64,000 nt of DNA from Phoronis australis (lineage: Eukaryota; Animalia; Phoronida): the NCBI GenBank assembly GCA_002633005.1, contig NMRA01000321.1, positions 306,724 through 370,723 of the forward strand. Direction: 5' to 3'. The notes beneath the pieces are model-generated. The model saw only the letters and a list, made by a program, of their open reading frames with translations, was not told where the DNA came from and did not search any database. Position numbers and translations under genes: made by a program. Positions 1 to 15,500 of this stretch are shown one piece after another (the stretch's first letter is position 1; each line of letters opens with the position of its first letter).

Positions 1-472
1 AAACGTTACTGTATGTTGGATTTCAAGCATTTCAAAAAAAGTGCTTGACTGCAATGTTTTTTTAAAGAAGTAAACAACCCCAAATCAATTTTAAATGGAT
101 TAGCATTATTTTGCCCCCTTTTCATCCTTTGTTACCAGCGTAAGTTTTTAGACGCCAAAGGATATCGATGACACTAGTAATGTTTTGAAAAGAAATCTAT
201 CAAAACCCCCGAGAAAAAAGCACGCCTTTGTAGACCTAGTTTGCATGATCTTAAAGATAGTCACCACCTTGTAACTACAGTGTACATAGAGTGTGGTGAC
301 CTGGCCTCACATCTTGTTTTTGTTTTGCTTATGCATCATCGCATTTTGTATACAACAGCCTCTTGTCGACGTAGCCGATATAAACACCTTACATATTTAT
401 GAACTACAAATAGATTCTCTCCTGCTTTGCAGATTTCAACCATCTTTTTAGTGCTTTGCATGTATTCTTTAG

Positions 473-591
473 ACGTGAAAACCGAAGAGTGCACGAAAGT
501 GCTGACACCGTACGGCATGAGGCTGAGCTGGAGACTACCTCCGAATGACAAAGCAATGCTTTTCAATATACATCTAAAGGACAATGTCAAG
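473..591 (+). CDS. CHS: Chitin synthase exon (TPYG..HLKD)
   Basis: ttag|AC..AAG|gtac; translates VKTEECTKVLTPYGMRLSWRLPPNDKAMLFNIHLKDNVK; splices in phase 0 to VKNKKRWSQ at 2712. Confidence 0.9.
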
Positions 592-3500
592 GTACAACGA
601 TGATTTACTAGATACGTGTTCTCCATAACTAGGATAGAAGTTTAAAGAGGTTCGCAGATTTGAATGCGAAACTTTTTTCCGTCCGACCAATGAGATAAAT
701 GATCATTTTATGAAGACCAATTTGCGGTGTTCTAAGCCTCCTCTAAATAACATACAAGTTAATACCCAAAGTGTACCGCCTGGAAATTACAGGATGCTTG
801 CAACCAAATTTCTTTCCTGGCACAAAACGAGAATGCCGTTAATTCGAACTTTTTATAAGATGTTCTCAAAATCATAGAAGAACATTTTCTAGCGCATAGA
901 GACGTAATTAACTATCAAAGCTGTGGGGCGTTTGCTGTAGCACATGTTGTCGCACTGGGCACATAATGTCCGACAGGCTACAATATATTGTTGCACTGGA
1001 CACATGCTGTCCCACAGGCGACAATATGTTGTGGCACTGGACACATGATGTCCCACATGCGACAATATATTGTCACACTGGGCACATGATGTCCCACAGG
1101 CGGCAATACATGTATGTTGATCCACTGGACACATGATGTCCAACAGGCGACAATATCTCTCGAATACCCCAATATTTGTCGTCAACATCGATTCGTTTTA
1201 TCACCCGGTTATTACGGTTAGCAAAGTGTATGCTGGACCGTAATCTTTGTCTCGGAATGATGCCAGTAGCAGGCCTCTTATGTCCACACACGGGTCATTA
1301 AATTGCGAGAAAGTGAACATCATCAACTTCTCATCATATTATAAGTCTTAACAAAGACACTTCAAAAGTTGACAAAAAGGAAATCACTAATCCAAACTAT
1401 TAGAATGTTTTGAATTTCTTAATTAAATGCAACCACTTTGTAGGTAGAACCTCTGTGTTAACTGAGTTTCCTCTCTGAAGATTTTTTTTTCCTCTCTGAA
1501 GATTAGTTTACTTAAAGTGGGAATAAAATCATTCCCATGCGAAGCTAAGGTTATCTCAAACATTATTCACAAAAAATGTAATTTTTTACCATATTTCACG
1601 TGTCTAGCCAAATACTTTATCTTCTTTCTCGGGGAACTTCAAATACAAAATATACACCGTGTAGCGAGAAATAAAAAAGATTTAGCAGAACCACGTTGGA
1701 ACCGCACAACAGCGTGGATATTTGTTTACTACTTATCTGAGGCTGTCTGTCAAATCGAATCAGGCTCCCGCCAGGTACAGAGCAGCTTCATATGTACCCT
1801 AGCTCAGTCCTTTCATTCACCGAGCCGCCACAATGTTGAGTCAACGAACCACACTTATGAAAGAACCACGCCGGGAAAACAAGGACAAAATGAAGTTTTG
1901 ATCTTTAGGGAGTTTCTGCATTCATGCGATCGTTGAGAACGAATGCTAAGAGTCGTCTCACGTCTCTGTGGTCATGAACATAGCTTTGAAAAGAGATAAA
2001 TCCTCCCACAAATTCCTTAATTCAATAAGTAAATTGGCATTTCGCTGTTCCAACCTCATGCTATCGACATGCTTTTACCACCGACTCGATTTTTGTTATT
2101 CATTTCTTACTTGGGTTTCGTATCTGTCTCCCGGCACCTGACTTGAACAGACTACATGATTGTATGTGTTGTATAACAATGAGCTGTGCTCTAATTTTAA
2201 GTAGGTCAAGCAACAGTAAAAGTAGATCTCACCTCGTGGGTGGATACGTTAAGTTTTAATGATAATTAAGTTAATTACTCACTGTTAATTCAGCTGAAAT
2301 TGCAAGTAATTGTTGAAAGAGCCAACATAGATAAGGCATGTATAGGTTATATTTACAGAAAGCAGGTTTTCACCGAATAATTAACCGAAGACTGAAATTT
2401 TAGTCGTCCCAGTTTAAGAGGCTTTTTCTCGGCTTCTGCAAATCTACTTTCTTTGAACTTGGGAACACAAGTTGTCAAAAACGGCTTGGTGAATTTCGCT
2501 GAAACTTTCCAAACTTAATATCTATTCACCCGTTTCCAAAATCTGTTAGGATTTTCTAAATAAAGGCCCAGTCTTTGCCTAATATTACATAGATGAGTAC
2601 GACTTCTACTTACAAAAATACCTTACCGTACGGTTTTGCGAGTTGATTTGCTACAATGGTACATAAATACAAAACATACTTTATATTCCCTGGTCTTTTT
2701 TCTTTCTTTAGGTCAAGAACAAAAAACGTTGGAGTCAGATTATGTACATGTCCTACGTGATTGACTGGCTGATGCAAGAGGGTGAAGAGACTGGTAAACC
2801 ATTGCTGTTAGACAACTTTAGAACAACATTGAGACTAAGGCTTATTGTGTTTACTAAAAAGACATTCAAATACAAATCGTGCCTAGTAAATGCTATGAAT
2901 CTAAACTGTTCTGTGTGCATGAGTTTTATAAAGAGGTTCAGCCACGAGTATGATTCATTTTTTCGAGTCTACACGTTTCTGTGATTTTTCACACAAAGTC
3001 ATCACTTTCACAGGCGGAGATGACGAAACATTCATACTCACAACAGACGCTGATGTCCGGTTCAGTCCTGACTCTGTTGAGGCCCTGCTGGATTTAATGA
3101 CCCGAGACAAATCTGTGGGAGCTGTGTGCGCGCGCACCTTCCCTCTTGGTTCTGGCCCCATCGTGTGGTACCAAGTGTTTGACTATGCCATTGGACACTG
3201 GTTTCAGAAGGTATCAATTATCATACACTGTTTGTCAATCCTTAAATATTCACGATCACTTGCAACTATGACAATAAAGGCAATAGTGGTTAGTAATCAT
3301 GGTAATGTTTGCATAATTTTGATTGCTCTTCATAAAAATTACTTAAATCCAACAAGCATCTCGTTCCAAAATAGATTAACCTGGATTCGTCACTAAGGTT
3401 AATTCTCACGAAAGTGGTTCCAACGGAACAATGAGGATATCCGCAAATCTTATATTTATCCGATAGGTAGCCAATGACGTACTTGGATCTGTCCTCTGTT

Positions 3501-6500
3501 GTCCTGGCTGCTTTAGCGTCTACAGGATCCGTGCGCTTCGTGATGTTGTGAGCACATATGCTTCCGGTGTAACACGTGCTTCGGAGTTCTTGACAAAAGA
3601 TATGGGGGAAGACAGGTGGCTTTGCACGCTTATGGTAAGTCCAGTGTGACTTGGTGCTATTAATTTGTCAATTTCTGTGCGACGTTACTCTGTAGGCCTA
3701 CAAATAACATGGGACTATAGCACGCTGTCAAATACGAATGCAAGCGAAATTGTGAAGTTACGACAAACGAAGAAAAATTACCGTTACGAAGTCCCGAAAG
3801 TGCAAACCTAATATGGTGAAAATGCGTACTACAGCAACAGGCTCTGTACAGTGTTGCTAAACGTATGGCTGTAGCCAACTACAGACTATTGTGCACACTA
3901 ACAAGCTATTAAGGGGAAAGCAACAGTTTTTCTTGCATCTAACAAAAATACAGACCCACGGCTATTTCATTGCAAATCATTTTTGTTGGGTGGGTATTTA
4001 CTATCCATAATAGACTGTCACGTTGACGGTTCAGCAAAAGGCTCGCATCTTGGTGCTGCAGTCATTTCCACCAATCCAACACAATGTTTCTCTCTCTAAT
4101 CAAAACTCTCTGCGTCAGTGCTGGCTTTATGGGATTGGCTGGAGACTAGCCGAAGTGCCGGCACTTACGTGGTCGTACAGGTCAACCTACATCTAGATAA
4201 TACTGAAATACCCGTCAAGGGAACAGTAGCTAACAGGACAAAACGTCTGTAAGATACACGTACATGCAGGGCTATGTACTTTTACTGGACAGGTTTGAAA
4301 GTTAGCGCCAAAGTGATTTGATTCTCCTTTTAATAGCGGTTGGAGTTCCTGCACTGTATTCTAGTTAAAGTCATAATGCCTGTGAATTATTTACACACGT
4401 TATCTTTATTGAGAACAAAGACATTGCTGAAGGGTGCTGCATGATGATAAGCCTCTGAAGTGAAGAGTTTAACATATTGTTAGCCGAAATGGAAGTTGTC
4501 TTTCTGGGATGCCATGTCTTTCGTGCCGCTTTGGGATATTTTTGATTGCCGTTTTAGGATACCACAGAACCCGTTTTATCCAAAGTATAACGGACATTAA
4601 AGCTATTCTCGTATGTTTTCACACAAAAAGTGTTTTTCTGGGTAATCACCTCTGTGGGATGGCAATACAGTAGAGACAGTATCAAGGAGAATGATAGCAA
4701 TGACAATACGATTGATACACTAATCTGTTACTAATTAAGATAAGTTGGTTTAATGTGAAACAAATTTTGATAAAATTTCGAAATGCAAATGTTTCATTTT
4801 TGTTTTTCAAGGTTCAAAGTGGCTGGCGTTTGGAGTACTGCGCAGTGTCCGAGGACAGCACACACTGTCCCGATGAATTCGAGGAGTTTTACAAACAGCG
4901 ACGACGATGGATTCCATCGACATTAGCAAATCAAGTTTTATTACTTCAGCAATGGGAAACAGCGGTCCATTTCAACGACCATATTGGCTATCTGTTTCTA
5001 CTGTACCAGTCAGTCTTGCTCTTTTCAACTTTGATTGGTCCAGCCACGTGCATGCTCGTGATAACAGGTTTGATGACAACTGTTGATACATAATTGATTG
5101 CAATGGTCATTTTACGTTCTTCAAAGTGACATTTAAGTTATGCGTTCTACCAAAAACAAAGTTTGATTTAGGCCACAAGGTGAGATAAAATATTCTGCTC
5201 GTATTTCTTTCTCATGGGCAGCGCAGCAATGAAAAAAGTAAGCGGACTATAGCCCTCCAGCACCCCTATCGTACGCCGCCCATGTTTCTAAGTTTATGTG
5301 ATCACTAGGCTCAGAAAAACTGGCAGACTCGGTGAGTTTCCCGTCATGCACCCCGTGAACATTTTTACAGGAGGTGGAAAGCACGAGATTCTGACGCGTA
5401 AAATTTATCTTGGCAAAATATTGTAACCAGTTTCAGTCTTACATACAGTGTATGGCAAGAGGCAATGGTGACGTTTTACCTGGAAATACTCCTGGAAACT
5501 AGGAAGTTGTTTTGATCACTGGATCATAATTAATACAGTAGCTGCTTCTATACTCGATCAATTAGACCATGTCAGCCCAATTCTACTACCTGTATATACG
5601 TCGCAATGCTACTACCTGCATATATGTCGCAATTTCCAATGAAAATTCGAAATGTTGTTACTGCTGGATATTCGTTTGCTGGTATTTCTGTAAGTTAACA
5701 ATTTGGAGTTAGCAAGTCCAGATTTGCCATGAGGGTACATCTTCAGTTCGGATATAACAATTGCAATAATCATGAGAGTACAGCCAAGGTTAATGCACAA
5801 ACAAATGATGTTGAGATGAGATCGAAAGTGTTCATAGCAAACAACCACAAACAATTACTCGTGGAAAACTGCTCCAGATGTGTTTTTTTTTTCTTTTTTT
5901 ATTAAGGCGGCCTCAAGTATGCGTACGACTGGAACGAGATAGGCGTCATGATATGTCTTGTTGCGGTGTGCTTTATGTTCACTCTGATCTGCTTGTACAC
6001 GAAACAGGAAAATCAGCTGATGGTAAGTCTACTATAGTGAGAGTGAATCATTTTGTCTTCGTTTTGGCTAAGACATCTGATTGGCCTGTAACCCGGACGT
6101 CGCTATTGATAACCAATCCGATGTTAGCCGATTGACCCACACTTCTAGCGTCAGGTCAGATTAATATTCTCTGCATATACATACATGTACAGCTATTGTA
6201 CATGTACGTGAGCGGAAATGCACTGTCTGCGATATCTTAATTACTGAAGACGCACATTTTACTATTCTGGCTTTAGATAATATTTTTTTAACCCAACAGT
6301 ACTTGAATAGTCTTGTGTCACTTTGTTGTAGGCGGCTAAAATTTTGACTTTCCTCTTTGCCCTTGTAATGGCAGCCGTTGCCGTAGGAATGGCTACTCAG
6401 ATTGTCGAAGACATTGCGTCACAGAATTACACAGAGACAGGTGAGACGAGTTTATTCGGGCCTGTCAATAGCCAGTGGTGGCAAATTAAGTATTCTATAA

Positions 6501-9500
6501 TGGGTTCAGATTGCATTCATTTTTAGATTATGTAGCATCTTAGCGACAAGTTTGCGAATTTAAGCAAATATCTAGAAAATTGACGACAGATTTTAATCCA
6601 ATAATAATGCATATTTTTGTTTGTAGAAAACGTGTAGAATTTGTAGATTTTATGTTTTACTTACTAATCTGCTATTCCTTGAGACACGTGAGCACGGTTT
6701 TAGTAAAATCTAGCAAAAAGAAAGGGAGATTCATAGCAAGCCACCTATCGATAAGGTAACACTACCAAATACCATATGATATACATGTACATGTTCAAGA
6801 TTAGATCTCAGAAATCTTGTTTAACAGTTTCCTAAATCATCATTTCCTTTTCGATTGAGCTTTTCCATTGAACTTGTGAGTTCTATTTTTTTATTTATCC
6901 TCTAATGCAAATGTGGAACCTTTTAAAAACAACACCCTATGGTATTTTGGAGAAAAGTGCATAAAATTGACATGTAGAAGTTCCATATAGACTTGTTAAG
7001 TCATCTGACTATGAGATAGGCTGTTCCGACCAATTGTGTGCATCTAGGCCCGTTCTACTTGACCTTTAATCACGGTCAAATAACACTAGTTCTCGCGTCA
7101 TCGTTGCTAAGGGATACATTGTACATGTAATAAACAGGGATACATTGTACATGTAATAAACAGGGATACATTGTACATGTAATAAACAGGGATACATTGT
7201 ACATGTAATAAACAGGGATACATTGTACATGTAATAAACAGGGATACATTGTACATGTAATAAACAGGGATACATTGTACATGTAATAAACAGGGATACA
7301 TTGTACATGTAATAAACAGGGATACATTGTACATGTAATAAACAGGGATACATTGTACATGTAATAAACAGGGATACATTGTACATGTAATAAACAGGGA
7401 TACATTGTACATGTAATAAACAGGGATACATTGTACATGTAATAAACAGGGATACATTGTACATGTAATAAACAGGGATACATTGTACATGTAATAAACA
7501 GGGATACATTGTACATGTAATAAACAGGGATACATTGTACATGTAATAAACAGGGATACATTGTACATGTAATAAACAGGGATACATTGTACATGTAATA
7601 AACAGGGATACATTGTACATGTAATAAACAGGGATACATTGTACATGTAATAAACAGGGATACATTGTACATGTAATAAACAGGGATACATTGTACATGT
7701 AATAAACAGGGATACATTGTACATGTAATAAACAGGGATACATTGTACATGTAATAAACAGGGATACATTGTACATGTAATAAACAGGGATACATTGTAC
7801 ATGTAATAAACAGGGATACATTGTACATGTAATAAACAGGGATACATTGTACATGTAATAAACAGGGATACATTGTACATGTAATAAACAGGGATACATT
7901 GTACATGTAATAAACAGGGATACATTGTACATGTAATAAACAGGGATACATTGTACATGTAATAAACAGGGATACATTGTACATGTAATAAACAGGGATA
8001 CATTGTACATGTAATAAACAGGGATACATTGTACATGTAATAAACAGGGATACATTGTACATGTAATAAACAGGGATACATTGTACATGTAATAAACAGG
8101 GATACATTGTACATGTAATAAACAGGGATACATTGTACATGTAATAAACAGGGATACATTGTACATGTAATAAACAGGGATACATTGTACATGTAATAAA
8201 CAGGGATACATTGTACATGTAATAAACAGGGATACATTGTACATGTAATAAACAGGGATACATTGTACATGTAATAAACAGGGATACATTGTACATGTAA
8301 TAAACAGGGATACATTGTACATGTAATAAACAGGGATACATTGTACATGTAATAAACAGGGATACATTGTACATGTAATAAACAGGGATACATTGTACAT
8401 GTAATAAACAGGGATACATTGTACATGTAATAAACAGGGATACATTGTACATGTAATAAACAGGGATACATTGTACATGTAATAAACAGGGATACATTGT
8501 ACATGTAATAAACAGGGATACATTGTACATGTAATAAACAGGGATACATTGTACATGTAATAAACAGGGATACATTGTACATGTAATAAACAGGGATACA
8601 TTGTACATGTAATAAACAGGGATACATTGTACATGTAATAAACAGGGATACATTGTACATGTAATAAACAGGGATACATTGTACATGTAATAAACAGGGA
8701 TACATTGTACATGTAATAAACAGGGATACATTGTACATGTAATAAACAGGGATACATTGTACATGTAATAAACAGGGATACATTGTACATGTAATAAACA
8801 GGGATACATTGTACATGTAATAAACAGGGATACATTGTACATGTAATAAACAGGGATACATTGTACATGTAATAAACAGGGATACATTGTACATGTAATA
8901 AACAGGGATACATTGTACATGTAATAAACAGGGATACATTGTACATGTAATAAACAGGGATACATTGTACATGTAATAAACAGGGATACATTGTACATGT
9001 AATAAACAGGGATACATTGTACATGTAATAAACAGGGATACATTGTACATGTAATAAACAGGGATACATTGTACATGTAATAAACAGGGATACATTGTAC
9101 ATGTAATAAACAGGGATACATTGTACATGTAATAAACAGGGATACATTGTACATGTAATAAACAGGGATACATTGTACATGTAATAAACAGGGATACATT
9201 GTACATGTAATAAACAGGGATACATTGTACATGTAATAAACAGGGATACATTGTACATGTAATAAACAGGGATACATTGTACATGTAATAAACAGGGATA
9301 CATTGTACATGTAATAAACAGGGATACATTGTACATGTAATAAACAGGGATACATTGTACATGTAATAAACAGGGATACATTGTACATGTAATAAACAGG
9401 GATACATTGTACATGTAATAAACAGGGATACATTGTACATGTAATAAACAGGGATACATTGTACATGTAATAAACAGGGATACATTGTACATGTAATAAA

Positions 9501-12500
9501 CAGGGATACATTGTACATGTAATAAACAGGGATACATTGTACATGTAATAAACAGGGATACATTGTACATGTAATAAACAGGGATACATTGTACATGTAA
9601 TAAACAGGGATACATTGTACATGTAATAAACAGGGATACATTGTACATGTAATAAACAGGGATACATTGTACATGTAATAAACAGGGATACATTGTACAT
9701 GTAATAAACAGGGATACATTGTACATGTAATAAACAGGGATACATTGTACATGTAATAAACAGGGATACATTGTACATGTAATAAACAGGGATACATTGT
9801 ACATGTAATAAACAGGGATACATTGTACATGTAATAAACAGGGATACATTGTACATGTAATAAACAGGGATACATTGTACATGTAATAAACAGGGATACA
9901 TTGTACATGTAATAAACAGGGATACATTGTACATGTAATAAACAGGGATACATTGTACATGTAATAAACAGGGATACATTGTACATGTAATAAACAGGGA
10001 TACATTGTACATGTAATAAACAGGGATACATTGTACATGTAATAAACAGGGATACATTGTACATGTAATAAACAGGGATACATTGTACATGTAATAAACA
10101 GGGATACATTGTACATGTAATAAACAGGGATACATTGTACATGTAATAAACAGGGATACATTGTACATGTAATAANCCTAGTTTGAAATAGGTTCTACAT
10201 GTATATGGCCTAGTTTGAAATAGGTCGTACATGAATAAGACCTAGTTTGAAATAGGTTCTACATGTATATGGCCTAGTTTGAAATAGGTTCTATATGTAT
10301 ATGGCCTAGTTTGAAATAGGTTGTGTATGTATATGGCCTAGTTTGAAAAATTTTGTGTATGTATATGGCCTAGTTTGAAATAGGTTGTACATGTATATGG
10401 CCCAGTTTGAAATAGGTTGTATATGTGTTTGGCTTAGTTTGAAATAGGTCGTACACGTATGTCATGCTCGTGTCCATGTATACGGCAATGTCCTTTAAAA
10501 TTATGTAAGACAATGTTAACAAGTTTGTGCATTTGCAAAATACCAAGAAAACTATAGATTTTTTCTGAAAGTAGAAAGCCTGGAGAATTTGAATTTTTGC
10601 TGGTTTACATTTTGTCATTAAATGAGTCAAGTGGTATTGTCGTTTTAGTAAATTCCAACGAAAAGGAAAGGTTCACCCATAGCAAGAACCCATGCTATGA
10701 ATGACCAAATTCCATTTGACAATAAATCCTTAAGATAAAATCTCAAAAATGCCATTACAGTTTTCTGTATTATTAATTCGTTTTGCTTTGGTGCAAATTT
10801 TGAGTTCTTTTAGAAATATTGTAAACATAGTATTTTAAAACAACTCATAAAAAGTGCAACATGTTCAAAACAACAGAAACAGAATTTTAGATAACAGTGC
10901 AAAAATCATTGCATCTGAAAGTTTCATTTAAATTCGATCAGCTATTTCGTAGATATGGTATTCCGTCAACTTGTTGTTCTTGGGTGCTACGTGACCTTAA
11001 GAACTAAGAAATGTCACAACTTACCGCGTACCGGAAGTTAATAGTTCCCCCTTGATGTTCACTCCTTCTTTTTCATCAAAAGCTTTGTTGGAGAAATGGC
11101 TTGTGTTTCCATTTATTCTTTGGAAATTATTGCAAAAATCTAAAAGTCAAATAGAGCATGACGAAAGCAATGGGGACTAGCACTTCTCTAACCGAACTTG
11201 CACTGAAGAAGTAAACGAGATTGTTTGATGTATACAATGTACATGTGCGCCTTAACTCTATGCATCGACACTAACAATATCCGACTGTTTAAAGTTGTTG
11301 TGCAAAGAAAAATGAGGAGCCACTGGTGGAGGCCATTGTTGAGGAAATTAGACCCAGAAGAGACAGTCGCGCGTCCATCCCAGAAGAGCCTGAAGGAGAG
11401 GTAGATCAACTAATCGAATGTTTTTGTAAAATTTTGCAAATGTGCGACCATGAATTTACATTTGCAGCTACACCGTTTAATGACTTAATCCTATTGTATT
11501 GAAATGTTTAACACGTGAAAACATTTGTTTGAAAACGAAACGTTTTGTCTCCACTTGTACATCGCCCGAGTACAGGTACCGGTGTAAGGTTTTCTTATTT
11601 TGTCTTAAGTACAATTAGATAATTCGTGGCACTATCCAGTGGCGGATCTACGATATCATGCGTTTGAATAGGTAATTAATGTGATCAAAGCAAAATCTTG
11701 TTCCAGTACTTTCATTTTTTCATTTACCTAACGTGTGATTTTGGCTGTATGTGCTCACACACAATAATATCCCTACATGTTGATTGTTTGTGCAACATCT
11801 AGTCCTGCATCTGGTGCTTGGTCATTTTTGGGCGTAACCAGACATATCTGACAGAATGCTAACGAAGCCTAAATGGGACGTCCGTCAAAAATACCTTGAT
11901 TCAGACCCCCTTTCATTTTGAAATTGGTCTCAAATTGTTCTTTAGTTAAACTGAGTGTGGTTTTCGGGCTTGCAGTTAAATGACAGCTCCTTATTGCTCG
12001 ATAAGAAAGTGAATATAAGTTAACTTTCCACAGTGTGTCATTTTATTCACCGAGGCATGGTCGCGAGCAATAACTGTCTGTTGTTTGCCGGACCAAAAAC
12101 CCTTCTCCTCCGAGTGGGGGTTGGCGCAAGTTGAGACCGTGTATTGGGGCGGTGACTATAGTTTACTATCAACAGGCTACGACAGAACGCGGGTTTATGG
12201 TCGCGTTAAGCTTCAGGTTTCTATTAATTTTCTTACGGCGGACACCTTTGAAACAAGTTCAACGACACAGGCATTGTTATTAACTAACGCTTATGCGATC
12301 NNNNNNNNNNNNNNNNTGATCCATCGCCGGAAGTATCGAGTCTCATTATTTTATCAAGGCCATCTTACCCTGCTTGTTTTATGATTATGTCCCTTCTAAG
12401 GTACGCACAAGACTGGTGTCAACTCCGTCTTTGTCGTTTCGTGGACGACCTTAAATTGGATTATTATATTTCAGAGACTTTCATCTGTTGGCTCAATAAA

Positions 12501-15500
12501 TCAAGACGATAACAATGACATGGGACTGGACGCAGCTTTGCAAGGTACGTGTAGGTTCTTGGAGTTCAGTAGACTGGTGTGGCTTCTTCAGTATAAAGCG
12601 TCTGCGGAAACACACCCCGTCCAAGGAAAACCTATCGCTATGAAAACTGCACTGCACTGAACTTGTTCGTTCCATACAGAGATCAGGGGCGGATCCATGA
12701 TTTTGAGTTAGGGGAGGGGGCAGGGAAGAGTATTAGCCAGGATTTTGCACGTCAGACATTCGCACTCCCGAACAGCCAAACGAAATCTGGGAGAATTTTA
12801 GGGGGTGGGGCATGGCCCACTTGCCCCCCTTAAATCTGTTCGGGCATGAAGTGAAACATCGTAAACGTCTCAACTTGAACAGTCTGGTAACAAGCACCAG
12901 TCATTTCAAAGCCCGGAAATCCCTCAGATTTGACCAAGGACCAATTTGAGATAATTTTTATGTCGTTAAGTGGTATCAAATGAATCTTTGTTAAAATGCA
13001 GGCGGTGTGGCATATGTTGTGCTAGATTAGCGCAGTTAGCTCAGGACGCCCTCTACACTGGTCACATGAAAGCATTTATGTATTTTATCAATATATAGTT
13101 AACGCCGAGCTAATCAGAAACAATACTCAGGAGTGTAGTAGTGTGCCCAATGGGACTCGAACCCACGACTTTCAGTAATGGAAGAGGTCACTCTAGGACA
13201 CACTACCTGGTCACGTTTTTGTCACATCAGACGGTCCTTGGCAGTACACGTGAGACATATAAGTTAGACCTATTATAACGGCTGGCTCTGCAGGTTCCTT
13301 AAATAGAACGTGTATCCAAAATGCGTAACTACGTAAGATTTAATTGTGAAGCATGTATAAGGATGCATTAGTAGAAGATTGCATTTTACATGTAAGTAGC
13401 CAGACCATGCGACCACCAAAGTTCACTCAGTCCCGTCAATTATTCTTTATTACTTTAGACTATGCTTGCTGCATATAGGTCCCTTGCCGTGACAAGTCAA
13501 CTTATGGACCCTGGTATTGAGCAATAACGGGCTATCAGCTCTTTCAAGGCTCTAAAATGAATCACATAAAAATTTGACTAAAAAAAAGGTATTAAAGTGG
13601 TTTCCTTCAAACACTATTTTTGTGCAAAAGAAGACTGGTTGAAAGCTGTCTTGATTAAAATGTGTTTGATATAGAAAGTATGTGATCTAGAATAAAAACT
13701 CTTGTGTCTAGAACGAATTACTAACCGCGACTATCTTGCTTATTTTCAAACTTAACTGTTCGTGTTTAAGGACCTGGGCCCAGTTGCATAAAAGTTATAC
13801 GCCGTATAGCAACAATGACGTCGCATTATCACGCGCCACGTTGTTTTTATTGAGCAACGCACCTGACGTCATGTAACAATCAAACTTATCCAGCGGATAG
13901 TTTTGAAGTTTTACGCAACCCGGCCCAGATGCACAATGCTCACCGGTCTTACATAAGCTTTGACTCTCTCTTCTAATCAGATGAATCAGTTGGACTTAAT
14001 TGTCGGTCACGTTCTTTGCAGCCACCTTTTATTCATCGAATAGTCTTCTGAGCCAAGCGTTAAGGGCTGGTGACAGTACTGTCCCCATACGACGATGGCT
14101 AAGGTACCGATTTAAGGTATGTGTTCACTATTTATTAAGGGATTGTTAAAATTATGCCATGCCGACTCAATTACTAGGAGACAGGGTGCAACGCATTTGG
14201 TTGAACGTTTAAGCCGACTGCGATCGACTTTCGTTCTCAAGTGAGATACCCGCCGCGCTAACGTTTTTAAGTAGAAGTTCACTGTACGCGTGGAGTAAGT
14301 TGACGCCGAGATCACTATCCAAAGGGGGTGCTGGACACGAATGTTGATGAACTCCTTGATCCTCCGTGAGTGCCAGTTAGAGTCCTTGCCAATAATGTCG
14401 GACTCTCTATGGATACGGAGTGGTCGCTCGCGACCCTGTGTTCACCAACCGCTGTAGTCTTATCCGGCTTTTTATGTTTTTTTTGTCGCTGATTAAAGCC
14501 GATTGTTGTCAGCGACTGAAACCTTCGACCATCTACGTTACACCACGTCTGTAACGAGTGACTTTGTATATTTTTAGCATGCCGTCAGGAGACAATGAAT
14601 CATCTATGTTATCAATCAAAGATTGAATCGAATTACGGCGATCAGTATTGTGTTGCAAAACGTACTTTAAAGTTTTTCGGGCTCCCGTTCAGACGTGGCA
14701 ACACACTCTTTGTCACATGCACCTGTACAGCGTAGGTATCACAACTACATTGTACATAGGTATCACAACTACATTGTACATCAGGAACTGAAAGGGTGAC
14801 GTCACCGTCCTGTGATATTCTGGAAGATTCAGCTGTCTTGGTTCTTACTACGTCCACTTCTCTGTGGCACTTTAATGCATCAGGTCAAAAATAGAAAATC
14901 ACCATTTACACTCTGTTTTAGGAAGAAAACTTTAATCTTCTCATGTTCACAGTTTTTGAAAAAGGTTTCAGATTGTAATTTTGCCTGTTTGAACAAGTGT
15001 GTTTGTGCAGGTGATTACTGCCACTATCGTAAAACTTAATGTCTCCAAGTTTAAGATTTCATAGAGATGCCACGTTGATGTGCTGTTTCTCCGTCGAATC
15101 TCCTGTGCAGCGATTGTTTTGTCTTATCTGGAACGTCTGACATTTGCAATGCAATAATTTAGACTGAAGTCATCGAATTTTTTCGACTTTTAGGTATCAG
15201 GTGGACGTATAGAAAATATAAATGTTTTTATGCTTTCGACGTTAATGCTGACAATTTGACAGTTTTTTGAAAATGTTGGATTGGTCTTATCGGTAATTGT
15301 GAGGTGGGCAAGAAATGCACGACTCAAAAGCTTTTATTGGAAAGTGTGGACAGGCACATTTTCGGCAATCTATAGAGGCGCTGGTTCATACAGGAAAACC
15401 AACAATGTCAAACTAATCAAGTGTTCAAATTTTAGTGCAACCGCATTTGCTACATGTATGTTGCAGCAATATCAGCCGATAATTATAATCGTTTCGCGAT

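Noticed and set aside
7066-10232. Three ~1030-aa minus-strand ORFs
   Set aside because: They are translations of a 26-bp satellite with no stop on that strand; all three frames give the same 26-aa cycle.
7111-10460. CRISPR-like repeat arrays
   Set aside because: There are no unique spacers or cas genes; these are contiguous tandem repeats in eukaryotic intronic DNA.
13140-13205. tRNA B-box-like GGGTTCGAGTCCC on the minus strand
   Set aside because: No complete cloverleaf; at most a decayed SINE head.
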